Positions 1 to 8,549 of a stretch of DNA of 64,000 nt are shown here, one piece after another. The translations under genes were made by a program, and so were the position numbers. The DNA is from an uncultured delta proteobacterium (lineage in GTDB: Bacteria; Desulfobacterota; Syntrophia; Syntrophales; Smithellaceae). Position 1 is the stretch's first letter; each line of letters starts with the position of its first letter. Where the stretch lies: positions 1,566,904 to 1,630,903 of the forward strand of contig CAWKNI010000007.1 of NCBI GenBank assembly GCA_963851005.1, in the 5' to 3' direction. The notes under the pieces are model-generated. The model was not told the DNA's origin, did not search any database, and saw only the letters and a program-made list of their open reading frames with translations.

Positions 1-2153
1 TCAATGGCGCAGGCGGTCATATGGTAGGTGTCGATATCGCTGTAACGCGGGCAGATGCCGTGAGCCACCACCACGCCTTCCATGGAATCCAGAATCGGCC
101 GCACAATGCCCGCGTCCGACGGGCCGTCGTTTTGCGCGCCCACCATGGGTTTGATAACTGAACCGCCCTGCACTTCATGATCGTATTGGCGCACAACCGC
201 CTCCTTGGAGCAGATATTCAATCGCGAAAGCATCTGGGAAAAAGATTTCCCTAAATTGGCAGGTTCTGCAAATGTCGGCTCTGCGTTTTTTGGAGCTTTC
301 CACTTGGCAGACAGTTTCATCTGCGGAACGCCATCGTGCAGAAAATCCATATCCAGATAGGCCACGGTCTTTTCGACATAGCGGACATGAAATATTCCTG
401 ATTTGGTAAACTTGCCCATTACGGTTGCTTCTACGCCCATTTTGCGGGCCAGTTCCATAAACTCATCCACTTTTTTCGGGTCAACCGCGAGCGACATGCG
501 CTCCTGCGCCTCCGATACTAGAATTTCCCAAGGCTGAAGGCCTGCGTATTTTAAGGGTGCCAGCGATAAATCGATTTCACAGCCGCCGGAATACGTTGCC
601 ATTTCACCGACTGATGAAGACAGCCCGCCCGCGCCGTTATCGGTAAGCGCTCGATACAGGCCGCGGTTGCGGGCTACCAGCAGAAAGTCCGTCATTTTCT
701 TTTGCGTGATCGGGTCGCCGATCTGCACAGCGGTAACGGGCGAACCTTCATGCAGTTCTTCTGACGAAAAAGTCGCGCCATGAATGCCGTCTTTGCCGAT
801 TCTGCCGCCGGTCATGATGATCACATCGCCGGGTTTGATTTCCTTTTTATAAGTCGATTTGCCATTGAGCTTCGCAGGCATGATGCCGGCGGTGCCACAG
901 TAAACCAGAGGTTTCCCTAAATATCTTTCATCAAAAACAATGCTGCCGTTGATTGTAGGGATGCCGCTTTTGTTGCCACCGTGCTCCACGCCCTCGCGCA
1001 CGCCTTCATAAACACGGCGCGGATGGAGAATACGAGGCGGCAGTTTCTTTTTATGGAAAGGCGAGGCAAAGCAAAACACATCCGTATTGAATATAAGTTT
1101 CGCGCCCATGCCAGTGCCGAAAGGATCGCGATTGACGCCGACAATACCAGTGAGCGCTCCGCCGTAGGGGTCCAGAGCGGATGGCGAGTTGTGTGTCTCT
1201 GCTTTGAAAACCAGATTGGCATCGTCGTTGAATTTAATCACACCGGCGTTATCCACAAACACGGAAAGGCAGAAATCTTTCTTGCCTTTGGCTTTGCGGA
1301 TCTTGGCCGTCGAGCCTTTGATATATTTTTTAAAAAGTGAATCAATTTTTAATTTGTTGCGGCCGTCGATATAATTGATCCGGCTATTGAAAATCTTATG
1401 TTTGCAATGTTCCGACCAGGTCTGTGCCAGGCATTCCAGCTCCACATCGGTCGTTTTTTCATCAAGGCCGAATTTCTTACGGGCTTTGATCACGGTGGGA
1501 TTCTGATAATAGCGTTGAATTGCCTGCATCTCTTCTAGATTCAGGGCCAGAAGTTTTTCCTGGCTGATTTTCAAAAGTCCCTGTGCGTCAACTTTTGCCA
1601 GATTGATTTTGGTTACCTGTGGTTCGTCTTTTCCCAGTACCTGCGGGATATAAGCGGGGATGCCCCGGTTGAAATCAAAATCACTTATGCTTACGACCTG
1701 ATGGCGTTCGATGAGGTCGTTGGCTAAAAGACCGGAAGCTATCTTTTCCGTATCAGCCTGTGATATTTTGCCGCTGATTAAATACTGACGGGAAGTATAA
1801 ACACTGATTTTGCGCGAGCCGATATTTTCGCCAAGCAAAAGCGTAATGGCTTCGCGGGCGGTTTTGCCGACGTTGTCAGTAACACCGGGACGAAAGCCGA
1901 CTTCGATTAGCCAATCGAAGTTTTTTGCCAGCGGCTGATTAATGGAGAATTCCTGAATGATCGGATCGGAAAGTGGTTCCGCGGCAGCTTTTTGTAATTC
2001 CAAGTCTGTAAGCTCTCCCGCGATTGTATATACTTCGATGGTGGCAACTTTTTCTACCGGCAGCGCCAGATTGTCGATTATGCGCTTTCTGGTCTTTTCA
2101 CCCAGCGCGTCGCGAATGCCTTCTTTGAAACCAACTTCAATTTTAGAGGCCAT
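1..2153 (-). CDS. purL: phosphoribosylformylglycinamidine synthase (PurL, long form with an N-terminal PurS-like region); the 3' end runs off the left edge of the window
   Basis: I translated the minus strand from the ATG at 2153-2151: MASKIEVGFKEGIRDALGEK...LECLAQTWSEHCKHKIF...AETHNSPSALDPYGGALTGIVGVNRDP...VQIGDPITQKKM...HMTACAI. The frame is open down to position 1. It is absent from the ORF track because no stop lies inside the window. Confidence 0.9.
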   Translation of the reverse strand, partial: MASKIEVGFKEGIRDALGEKTRKRIIDNLALPVEKVATIEVYTIAGELTDLELQKAAAEPLSDPIIQEFSINQPLAKNFDWLIEVGFRPGVTDNVGKTAREAITLLLGENIGSRKISVYTSRQYLISGKISQADTEKIASGLLANDLIERHQVVSISDFDFNRGIPAYIPQVLGKDEPQVTKINLAKVDAQGLLKISQEKLLALNLEEMQAIQRYYQNPTVIKARKKFGLDEKTTDVELECLAQTWSEHCKHKIFNSRINYIDGRNKLKIDSLFKKYIKGSTAKIRKAKGKKDFCLSVFVDNAGVIKFNDDANLVFKAETHNSPSALDPYGGALTGIVGVNRDPFGTGMGAKLIFNTDVFCFASPFHKKKLPPRILHPRRVYEGVREGVEHGGNKSGIPTINGSIVFDERYLGKPLVYCGTAGIMPAKLNGKSTYKKEIKPGDVIIMTGGRIGKDGIHGATFSSEELHEGSPVTAVQIGDPITQKKMTDFLLVARNRGLYRALTDNGAGGLSSSVGEMATYSGGCEIDLSLAPLKYAGLQPWEILVSEAQERMSLAVDPKKVDEFMELARKMGVEATVMGKFTKSGIFHVRYVEKTVAYLDMDFLHDGVPQMKLSAKWKAPKNAEPTFAEPANLGKSFSQMLSRLNICSKEAVVRQYDHEVQGGSVIKPMVGAQNDGPSDAGIVRPILDSMEGVVVAHGICPRYSDIDTYHMTACAI

Positions 2154-2163
2154 GATTTACCCT

Positions 2164-2291
2164 AGCAGCTTCGTAAAAAGCTCTATATGCTGCGTTGCGC
2201 TGCATCCTTCGTCATTGCAACGTACGCAAAAAGTACGTCTCATTCCTCAGGATTTGCGCGCCTTGCCTCTGGAGCTTTTTACGAAGCCGCT
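2164..2291. repeat. long inverted repeat in the divergent purL/2581 intergenic region
   Basis: The arms AGCAGCTTCGTAAAAAGCTC (2164-2183) and GAGCTTTTTACGAAGCCGCT (2272-2291) match at 19/20 positions. Inside is a hairpin, ACGTAC-gcaaaaa-GTACGT, followed by CTCATTCC, which resembles the GTCTCATTA motif of the second repeat family. Confidence 0.6.
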
Positions 2292-2580
2292 CCAAAGTGC
2301 ATTGCTTTTAGACATTTTTACGAGTTCATTTGTATTAAATTCTGTCTGATAAAGCAGACGCTGCGTTTATACCCAAAAGTGCGCAATAAAGCAACTTACA
2401 AATATATGATGGCCAGCGTGATAATAATAATCACTTATTTGATATTGTGAATTATCAGCGACGAATTGCTGAAACTGTGTTATCATTATAAATAACTGAT
2501 ATTCTCTTTTAAATTTTCTTACTAGTTGCTATATTAATGCTAAATATCATTTATGTTTAATAGGTGCCTGGTATTCAAAT

Positions 2581-4422
2581 ATGAGAATCATTTATATGGC
2601 AGATATTCACGGTGCCTTTGACCGTGTTAAAACTTTGTTGTCCGAAACAGTGGCGGATGTCTATATCATTGCTGGTGATATTATTGATATCCCCTTTTAC
2701 AACATGAGTACCGCAATCAATTACCATGAGCTTCAATCCTATTTTCACGGCTTGCGTGTCAGAATGCAAAAAGAAAGTATGGTCATCGAAGATTTTGTGG
2801 ATGAGTTGCTTGATACACCTAAAAATTCTGAGGAGATTGAAGAAAAAGGTACAAAATATCAGCGCTACACAATTCGTGCTCGCCGGGTATTGCAACAAAA
2901 ATACAAGGTTTTGGAAAATTACCTGGCAATGAAACAGAAATCTCAGATATTTGCCCTGCCCGGCAATTATGATATGGATTTGAAATATACGTCACTCCAC
3001 GAGCGGGATCTCCACCTGCATTGGCACGACATGCGCGGCTTAAGGGTTGCCGGCTACGGCGGAGCCAACATCTGGACTCCGGGGATTCCCGAACGTTACG
3101 TAGTACCTTATGGAGGAAGCGCAGATGCTGAAAGCGGCCGCAACGAAATGTATAATTTCTTCAAAGCCGTAAAGCCCGATATAATTGTAAGCCATCAACC
3201 GGCTCATGGTATTCATGACCGGGTAAACCAATTCGGAACATCCGGCTCGCCGGCTCTACGCCATTACTGCGATAACAATCACGTTCTTCTGTGTCTTACG
3301 GGTCATGTTCATATGGATTGGGGTTTTCAGGTCAGCGAGGAAACAATATACCTCAATCCATCTAATTTCGGAGAAGTAACAACCCTGACCGGCGGTGTTG
3401 CGGAAGGCGGCTTCTTCTACACTATCGAAATGGAAGGCAGAAATATTTCTAAAATCATCTTCAAGAAGCTTGTTGAAGACCGCATCCATGACATTGCCGA
3501 TTACTATCCTCAAAACGACGGACATTGGCAAGAAACAATTGTTGATGCCGAACGTTACAAAGCCCGCAAGCAGGGCGAAAACTTCGATTCAAAAACAGAA
3601 AAATACTCTCATATTCCTGAAGTACGACTCTACAATGATATTAAACAGTTTTACCGCATGTTCCAAACGGAAGAAACAGAAGAACGTCTAAACAAGCTCG
3701 AAGAGGTTGTTCATCTAATAGAAGAAGGTATTCACAATGTTCGTCCGACCGCATACGCGGTCGGACGAACGGAGCCGCGTCTGAAAGACGCTTGCTCAAC
3801 CGCTTGCGGCGGCGGAACAAGCGACTTGAACAGACTGGCCTGTGACCAGCAGTTCAGCCGCGGCTCCGATATAGCAATGGATATAATGGGTTCCACAAAT
3901 ATGGGACTTTGTGAGAACACTTCCGATATTGACTTTGTGATCTATGTTCGGTGTGATCCTGATTTTGAAGGAGACATCAATACCTGCAATCAATATAAAA
4001 ATGCCGAAAAGATTATCGAGAAAATCTTAAGCCCCCGGTATGCTTTTCAGATTTTAGACACTATTGATCTCAATATTGTGGAGAAAGCCATCAGGGGAAA
4101 AAATTATGAAAATGAAATGATGATGCGCTTTGTTGCTTACCGCTCCATCTGCCGACCTATAAACTATCGCTTCATCGCTCCGGTGGAGGATCTGCTAAAT
4201 CAGGACAGAGAATTCAGGACAGAGATTGAGGGAAGCATTCGTTCCTATTTCCAGATATTTATCAATACGTCGCAACATACCCGTTCATTCAAGAAATATG
4301 AAAGTCGGATCAAAGACATCGGCATCAAGATCCCAGAAACTGTACGGCTGAAGATCAAAGAGTACTTTGAACAGAATACTGATAGAATTGAATGCGCAGT
4401 GAAACCGGAAAAGATTAAGTAA
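2581..4422 (+). CDS. fusion protein: N-terminal calcineurin-like metallophosphoesterase plus C-terminal Pol-beta-type nucleotidyltransferase
   Basis: 613-aa ORF. Metallophosphoesterase motifs are ADIHG, AGDIID, GNYD, SHQPAHG and GHVHMD. The nucleotidyltransferase motif is IMGSTNMGLCENTSDIDFVIYV (a GS...DxD pattern). Confidence 0.7.
   Translation: MRIIYMADIHGAFDRVKTLLSETVADVYIIAGDIIDIPFYNMSTAINYHELQSYFHGLRVRMQKESMVIEDFVDELLDTPKNSEEIEEKGTKYQRYTIRARRVLQQKYKVLENYLAMKQKSQIFALPGNYDMDLKYTSLHERDLHLHWHDMRGLRVAGYGGANIWTPGIPERYVVPYGGSADAESGRNEMYNFFKAVKPDIIVSHQPAHGIHDRVNQFGTSGSPALRHYCDNNHVLLCLTGHVHMDWGFQVSEETIYLNPSNFGEVTTLTGGVAEGGFFYTIEMEGRNISKIIFKKLVEDRIHDIADYYPQNDGHWQETIVDAERYKARKQGENFDSKTEKYSHIPEVRLYNDIKQFYRMFQTEETEERLNKLEEVVHLIEEGIHNVRPTAYAVGRTEPRLKDACSTACGGGTSDLNRLACDQQFSRGSDIAMDIMGSTNMGLCENTSDIDFVIYVRCDPDFEGDINTCNQYKNAEKIIEKILSPRYAFQILDTIDLNIVEKAIRGKNYENEMMMRFVAYRSICRPINYRFIAPVEDLLNQDREFRTEIEGSIRSYFQIFINTSQHTRSFKKYESRIKDIGIKIPETVRLKIKEYFEQNTDRIECAVKPEKIK
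3739..3867. repeat. GC-rich, highly palindromic 129-nt segment lying in frame inside the 2581..4422 ORF
   Basis: A perfect 14-bp stem, GTTCGTCCGACCGC-atac-GCGGTCGGACGAAC, spans 3739-3770. A second hairpin runs from GGAGCCGCG-t-CTGAA (from 3771) to TTCAG-c-CGCGGCTCC (to 3867). 129 nt is 43 codons. By eye the segment is much more GC-rich than its flanks. Confidence 0.6.
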
Positions 4423-4534
4423 TAGTGGAGCCCCCTCTTCAGGCGATTATACTTGACATGATTTATTTTTTTGCTAGAGAAGGGAACTCAACAGATAATT
4501 TCACTAAAATTTTTGTTAAAAAAGGAGGATGAAT

Positions 4535-5302
4535 ATGGCTTATAATAACATTACCGTTTCAACAAAGGATTTCGTAACTACCGTTACCCTGAATCGTCCA
4601 CCAATGAACTCTGTAAATATGGGCATACGCGAAGAACTTGATCAGCTCATAACCGAGGTGGAAAAAAGCAAGGATACAAGAGTTATCATTATTACCGGTT
4701 CCGGAGAAAAGGCTTTTTGCGCAGGCATGGATGTGTCCGATATAGCGAACATTGATAAAGGTCCAAACGGCATTGATGTCTACAACCGGATCGAACGTTC
4801 CACTAAACCTTTCATTGCGGCTATAAACGGACACGCTCTTGGCGGTGGATGTGAAATGGCAATGGCCTGTCATTTTCGTTTTATGACAGATAATCCCAAA
4901 GCGGCTATCGGATGCCCGGAACTAAATCTTGGCATTATTCCCGGTTGGGGCGGTGTGCAGCGGTTGCCGAAAATAGTGGGCAAATCAAAAGCTCTGGATT
5001 TGATTTTTTTCAGCAAGAGACTTACTCCTCAGGATGCACTTGCCGTTGGTCTTGTAGATAAGGTAGTGCCGGCTGCCGATTTGATTAAAGAAGCTACGGA
5101 TTTTGCAATAGCGATTTCCAAGAGACCTCCTCTGGCCGTGAGCGCAGTTCTAGAAGGAATGGCTATTGGTTTGGAGAATGGCATTGATGCAGGCCTTGCT
5201 TCCGACAAGAAATGGATAGAAAAACTGAAGACCAGCAACAACGCTGTAGAGGGGATGACGGCTTTCTTTGAAAAACGAGAACCGAAATTCAAGGGAGAAT
5301 AA
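4535..5302 (+). CDS. enoyl-CoA hydratase/isomerase (crotonase family)
   Basis: Crotonase-like sequence: VIIITGSGEKAFCAGMDV...INGHALGGGCEMAMACHFR...PELNLGIIPGWGG. The ATG at 4535 sits 7 nt after AAGGAGG, whereas the track's start at 4529 directly abuts the Shine-Dalgarno (SD) sequence. Confidence 0.88.
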   Translation: MAYNNITVSTKDFVTTVTLNRPPMNSVNMGIREELDQLITEVEKSKDTRVIIITGSGEKAFCAGMDVSDIANIDKGPNGIDVYNRIERSTKPFIAAINGHALGGGCEMAMACHFRFMTDNPKAAIGCPELNLGIIPGWGGVQRLPKIVGKSKALDLIFFSKRLTPQDALAVGLVDKVVPAADLIKEATDFAIAISKRPPLAVSAVLEGMAIGLENGIDAGLASDKKWIEKLKTSNNAVEGMTAFFEKREPKFKGE

Positions 5303-5337
5303 AACCAGCTCACTTTTTTAATAAATTGTATTATTTT

Positions 5338-5378
5338 AAACCTCCGTTTCCTTTTTTATAAGAAAACGGAGGTTTTTT
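5338..5378 (+). terminator. intrinsic terminator after the hydratase gene
   Basis: The stem AACCTCCGTTT...AAACGGAGGTT is followed by a run of Ts. Confidence 0.7.
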
Positions 5379-5379
5379 A

Positions 5380-5745
5380 ATGACACTCGCTGAGAGTGAT
5401 CCAAGCTGAAAACGAATCCCGACGAGTCGGGATGAAGTTTGAAGCGTAAGGCAAACCATACCAGGCGCGTAGCGCCGTGGTAAAGCAAGTTCCGAGAATC
5501 GGGACGAAGCTCGTCCCTGACACCTTAAGGTGGTGGGATAATTCGCTCTAAGATTTTCCGAACACTGCGTGTCGGAAAATCAAGGTTCATTAAAGCGTAA
5601 GTGGTAGTGAGGCAAGCTGAAGACGAGTGCAACAAAGTATGAAGCGTAAGCCGAACTATCCAATAGCCAAAAGCTATTGGAAATTATCCCCGAAGTGTAG
5701 CGGAGTGGGATTATATTAATAGACAGAATTTAATCTGGCAATTAG
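5380..5745. repeat. mosaic array of short palindromic units (repeat family 2)
   Basis: At least 8 successive hairpins, including CACTCgctgaGAGTG, ATCCCGACgaGTCGGGAT, GGGACGaagcTCGTCCC, TTTTCCGAcactgcgtgTCGGAAAA, CCAATAGCcaaaaGCTATTGG and ATTATCCCC-n15-GGGATTAT. The linkers GAAGCGTAAG and GGGATAATTCG recur. Homologous units occur at 34395-34685 and 62545-62670. Confidence 0.7.
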
Positions 5746-5909
5746 CAAGTATCAACTTCTTCCTGTAAGTGAGCATTTAGGGTTTTTCACGGAAATACTT
5801 TCTTTCAATCCATAATAAATACAATTCACGCCCGATGCTTTGTGGCCAAGATTTATTTGACATGCTAGGCCATTTCTACTACATTTCCTTCCCCCAAAGG
5901 AAACCCGGC

Positions 5910-7133
5910 ATGACACATACAGCGAAAAAAAACACTGGTCAGGACACTGATGAGACCTCTCAATGGCGTTTGACACTTTTTGTCATGTTCATTGCCCAAT
6001 GGATTTCTATTGTGGGCTTTTCCTTCGTTGTACCCTTCATCCCCTTCTATATCCGTGAGATAGGTGTGACAAATGAGAAGTTGGTGCCAATCTGGGCCGG
6101 GATTCTGATGACAGCATCAAGTCTAACCATGACTATTTTCGCGCCATTCTGGGGCTGGCTTTCAGACCGTTATGGTCGAAAACTCATGGTTGAACGGGCC
6201 ATGTTTGCCGGCGCAATCATTACTATGGCCATGGGAATCATCGGCAATGTTTATCAACTCCTCATTCTGCTTCTGCTTGAAGGCGCCTTCACCGGAACCT
6301 TTTCTGCCTCCATTTCCCTTGTTTCATCTGTTGTGCCTGGCACGAAACTGGGGTTTGGGTTGGGTCTCATGCAGGTCGCCGTTTTTTGGGGAATATCTTT
6401 AGGCCCTTGGATTGGCGGCATGATTGCCGATATCGTCGGCTATCGTTTGACCTTTATCGCAGGGGGGGCTATTGTGCTCTTTGGTGGTATACTTGTTATG
6501 ATTGGGGCAAAGGAAAAATTTGTTCGCCCTTCTACTATATCATTGAAACGAAGTGGAAGCATGAAGGCACTCTTTGCCCTGCCGGGTTTTATCTCCTTGA
6601 TGATCGTCTTTCTCCTATTCAACTTTTCGATAAATATCCCCAGCCCAATTATATCGCTGTTTATCGAAGCAGTCGGAAACTTAAAGACACGAGTTGCCTC
6701 CACGACAGGGTTGCTACTTGCTGTTACCGGCGTCACAGCCTCAATTTCTGCTGCCGCCACCGGTTATTTGAGCGACCGTAGAGGTCACAAACAAATCATC
6801 ATTGTCAACCTGTTCATCACAAGTATCCTGATGGTTACCCATGCCTTGGCTCGAAACATAGACCAATTGCTCGCTATTCGGATACTTTCTGGATTTGCGG
6901 TTGGAGGAATTCTTCCCACCATGAATGCGCTCGTGGGAAAATTAACTCCAAAGGAAAACTTCGGAAAGGCCTACGGGTTGATGACTTCAATGACTTCTCT
7001 CGGTACAACGCTGGGACCATTAGCTGGTGGTATCATGGCATCCTATATGGGACTTCGATGGCCCTTTGTCGCCGTTAGCTTCCTCTTGAGTCTAGTCGTG
7101 ATCCCCTTAATCTTAAGCTTGAAGCCTCGCTAG
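5910..7133 (+). CDS. MFS transporter (multidrug-efflux-like, about 12 TM segments)
   Basis: Hydrophobic repeat architecture with the MFS motif GWLSDRYGRKLM. I moved the start to the ATG at 5910 (MTHTAKKN...), because the track's N-terminal extension overlaps the repeat array. Confidence 0.85.
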   Translation: MTHTAKKNTGQDTDETSQWRLTLFVMFIAQWISIVGFSFVVPFIPFYIREIGVTNEKLVPIWAGILMTASSLTMTIFAPFWGWLSDRYGRKLMVERAMFAGAIITMAMGIIGNVYQLLILLLLEGAFTGTFSASISLVSSVVPGTKLGFGLGLMQVAVFWGISLGPWIGGMIADIVGYRLTFIAGGAIVLFGGILVMIGAKEKFVRPSTISLKRSGSMKALFALPGFISLMIVFLLFNFSINIPSPIISLFIEAVGNLKTRVASTTGLLLAVTGVTASISAAATGYLSDRRGHKQIIIVNLFITSILMVTHALARNIDQLLAIRILSGFAVGGILPTMNALVGKLTPKENFGKAYGLMTSMTSLGTTLGPLAGGIMASYMGLRWPFVAVSFLLSLVVIPLILSLKPR

Positions 7134-7260
7134 TGAAACTCCCCGCGGCAAGCCGTGGGGCATCTTTAACAGCCAGGAGGGGGATTGCATCCCCCTTACC
7201 CCTGCACCGCATTCATCCCCGCCATTAATGGCGGGGTATTCTGCGGAAGTTTCATAAAAT
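7134..7260. repeat. cluster of G/C-stem hairpins (repeat family 2 relatives)
   Basis: GTGAAACTCCCCGCGGcaagCCGTGGGG, GGGGGATtgcATCCCCC and CCCCGCCAttaaTGGCGGGGTATTC. They resemble the units at 35788-35928 and the nested insert in element copies 4 and 5. Confidence 0.5.
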
Positions 7261-7592
7261 TTAACTGAATTAATTTCGTTTGTTTGTAGATGAAGTCAAT
7301 AAATTAAGAAAGAAGAGAGCTGCAATGCTTTATATCGTAAGCTGTAATTAGCTTATTTTATAACTGCTCTTTAGCAGTCTACATTACCTCTCTATACCCA
7401 AAAGATTGTTTGGTTTAATCACCTCCAGTGAAATTGTGTAACTTTCACTAAAATCGTCCGGGCACTGCAGCACTCTTCAGCTTTAATGTACTCCTGCTGG
7501 TTACTACTGTCAAGGGGTAAACTCAACACGAATTTCTTCCTGAAAGTCTCATTTCCAATATTTTTAATTTTATGCTAAGTTACAAACAGTAA

Positions 7593-7907
7593 TTGTTAAG
7601 ATGTGGCAGGTTTCTAATTCAGCAAGTGGAGTACGCTATGGAAGAAACTATGGTGTTAGTTGTTTGTCTATTGGTGTTAGTGCTAGGTCTTCAAATCCAA
7701 ATCCGTAACTTCAATCAAAAATTTAAGGAACTGTTACAGAACCCTCATAATCATCTCATTTGCAGTACTTGCGGTAACATTGTTAATCTTGAGATTGATG
7801 TCGACAAGTCTTTAATACCGACTGAAAAACTGCAAGGTTTTGAAATCGGCGGAATATATATCGACTTCTATGGCGTGTGTCGCAATTGTAAAAACAAGGA
7901 AAGTTAG
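7593..7907 (+). pseudogene. Fur-family metalloregulator remnant (C-terminal metal-binding/dimerisation half only)
   Basis: NPHNHLICSTCGNIVNLEID...GFEIGGIYIDFYGVCRNCKNK matches the Fur-family HHHxxCxxCG...CxxC layout. No winged-helix N-terminal domain is readable in any frame upstream. The ORF starts at a TTG. Confidence 0.45.
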
Positions 7908-8069
7908 TCTAATAATTGATGAAAGTTTACTTTTTTTCTAATTTTAAAATTCCTATAAGCGGTATGATAAATGTTAATGGAGTGAATTTTACTATATAAT
8001 ATTAATGACGAGTCAAATAGTCTGTTAACGCTGCAATAAGCGAATTGTCTATAAAAAAAGGAGAATACC

Positions 8070-8549
8070 ATGAAAAAATATATTCCATTATTAGTAATGC
8101 TGTTTTTGCTGATGTTATCGGCAGTTGTGTTGGCCAAACCGCTTATTTCCGTCAGCGTGAAAGCGGAAAAAGAGGTTATCGTAAACAAAGAGAAAAAAAT
8201 GGTTGAAGCTAAAGAAATTAATTCCGGAGATGTGATATTCTACACCATGAATTACGTCAATTCTGGGGACACCGCGGCAACCAATGCGGTTCTGGATGAT
8301 CCTATTCCAAAGGGAACAGTCTATCTTGACGGCACTGCTTTGGGCAAGGATGCGGAGATAACCTTTTCCAATGACGGCGGTAAAACCTTCAAGAAGCCGT
8401 CTCTGCTCACCTACGAGATCAAACTGCCGAGTGGCAAAATAAAAAAAAGGACTGCGTCTCCCGAACAATACACCCATATCCGCTGGACAATCGGCATGGT
8501 TCCTGCCCATGGCAGCGGTCATGTCGTTTTTCAGGTGCGGGTGAAATGA
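8070..8549 (+). CDS. secreted DUF11 / conserved-repeat-domain protein
   Basis: Signal peptide MKKYIPLLVMLFLLMLSAVVLA. DUF11-like core: GDVIFYTMNYVNSGDTAATNAVLDDPIPKGTVYL. A good SD (AAGGAGA) precedes the start. Confidence 0.7.
   Translation: MKKYIPLLVMLFLLMLSAVVLAKPLISVSVKAEKEVIVNKEKKMVEAKEINSGDVIFYTMNYVNSGDTAATNAVLDDPIPKGTVYLDGTALGKDAEITFSNDGGKTFKKPSLLTYEIKLPSGKIKKRTASPEQYTHIRWTIGMVPAHGSGHVVFQVRVK

Noticed and set aside
2154-2580. Purine or ZTP (pfl) riboswitch in the purL leader.
   Set aside because: I could not find the conserved junction or pseudoknot sequences of either class. The region is instead dominated by a long inverted repeat related to the local repeat families. It needs a cmscan run to be certain.
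3732-3993. Minus-strand ORFs 3732-3920 and 3796-3993 inside the phosphoesterase-nucleotidyltransferase gene.
   Set aside because: They are open only because the GC-rich palindromic insert lacks stop codons in several frames. They have no start context, and they lie inside a longer ORF with recognisable domains.
5380-5745. Possible CRISPR array, because of the many short hairpin repeats and recurring GAAGCGTAAG / GGGATAATTCG motifs. Similar suspicions applied to 34395-34685 and 58895-59152.
   Set aside because: There is no constant-length direct repeat alternating with unique spacers. The recurring motifs are 10-11 nt at irregular spacing and in both orientations. No cas genes are present in the window. 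A few pieces (GTTTCAAATCCCGCG, GTCGCGGGATTAAA) only superficially resemble CRISPR repeat termini.
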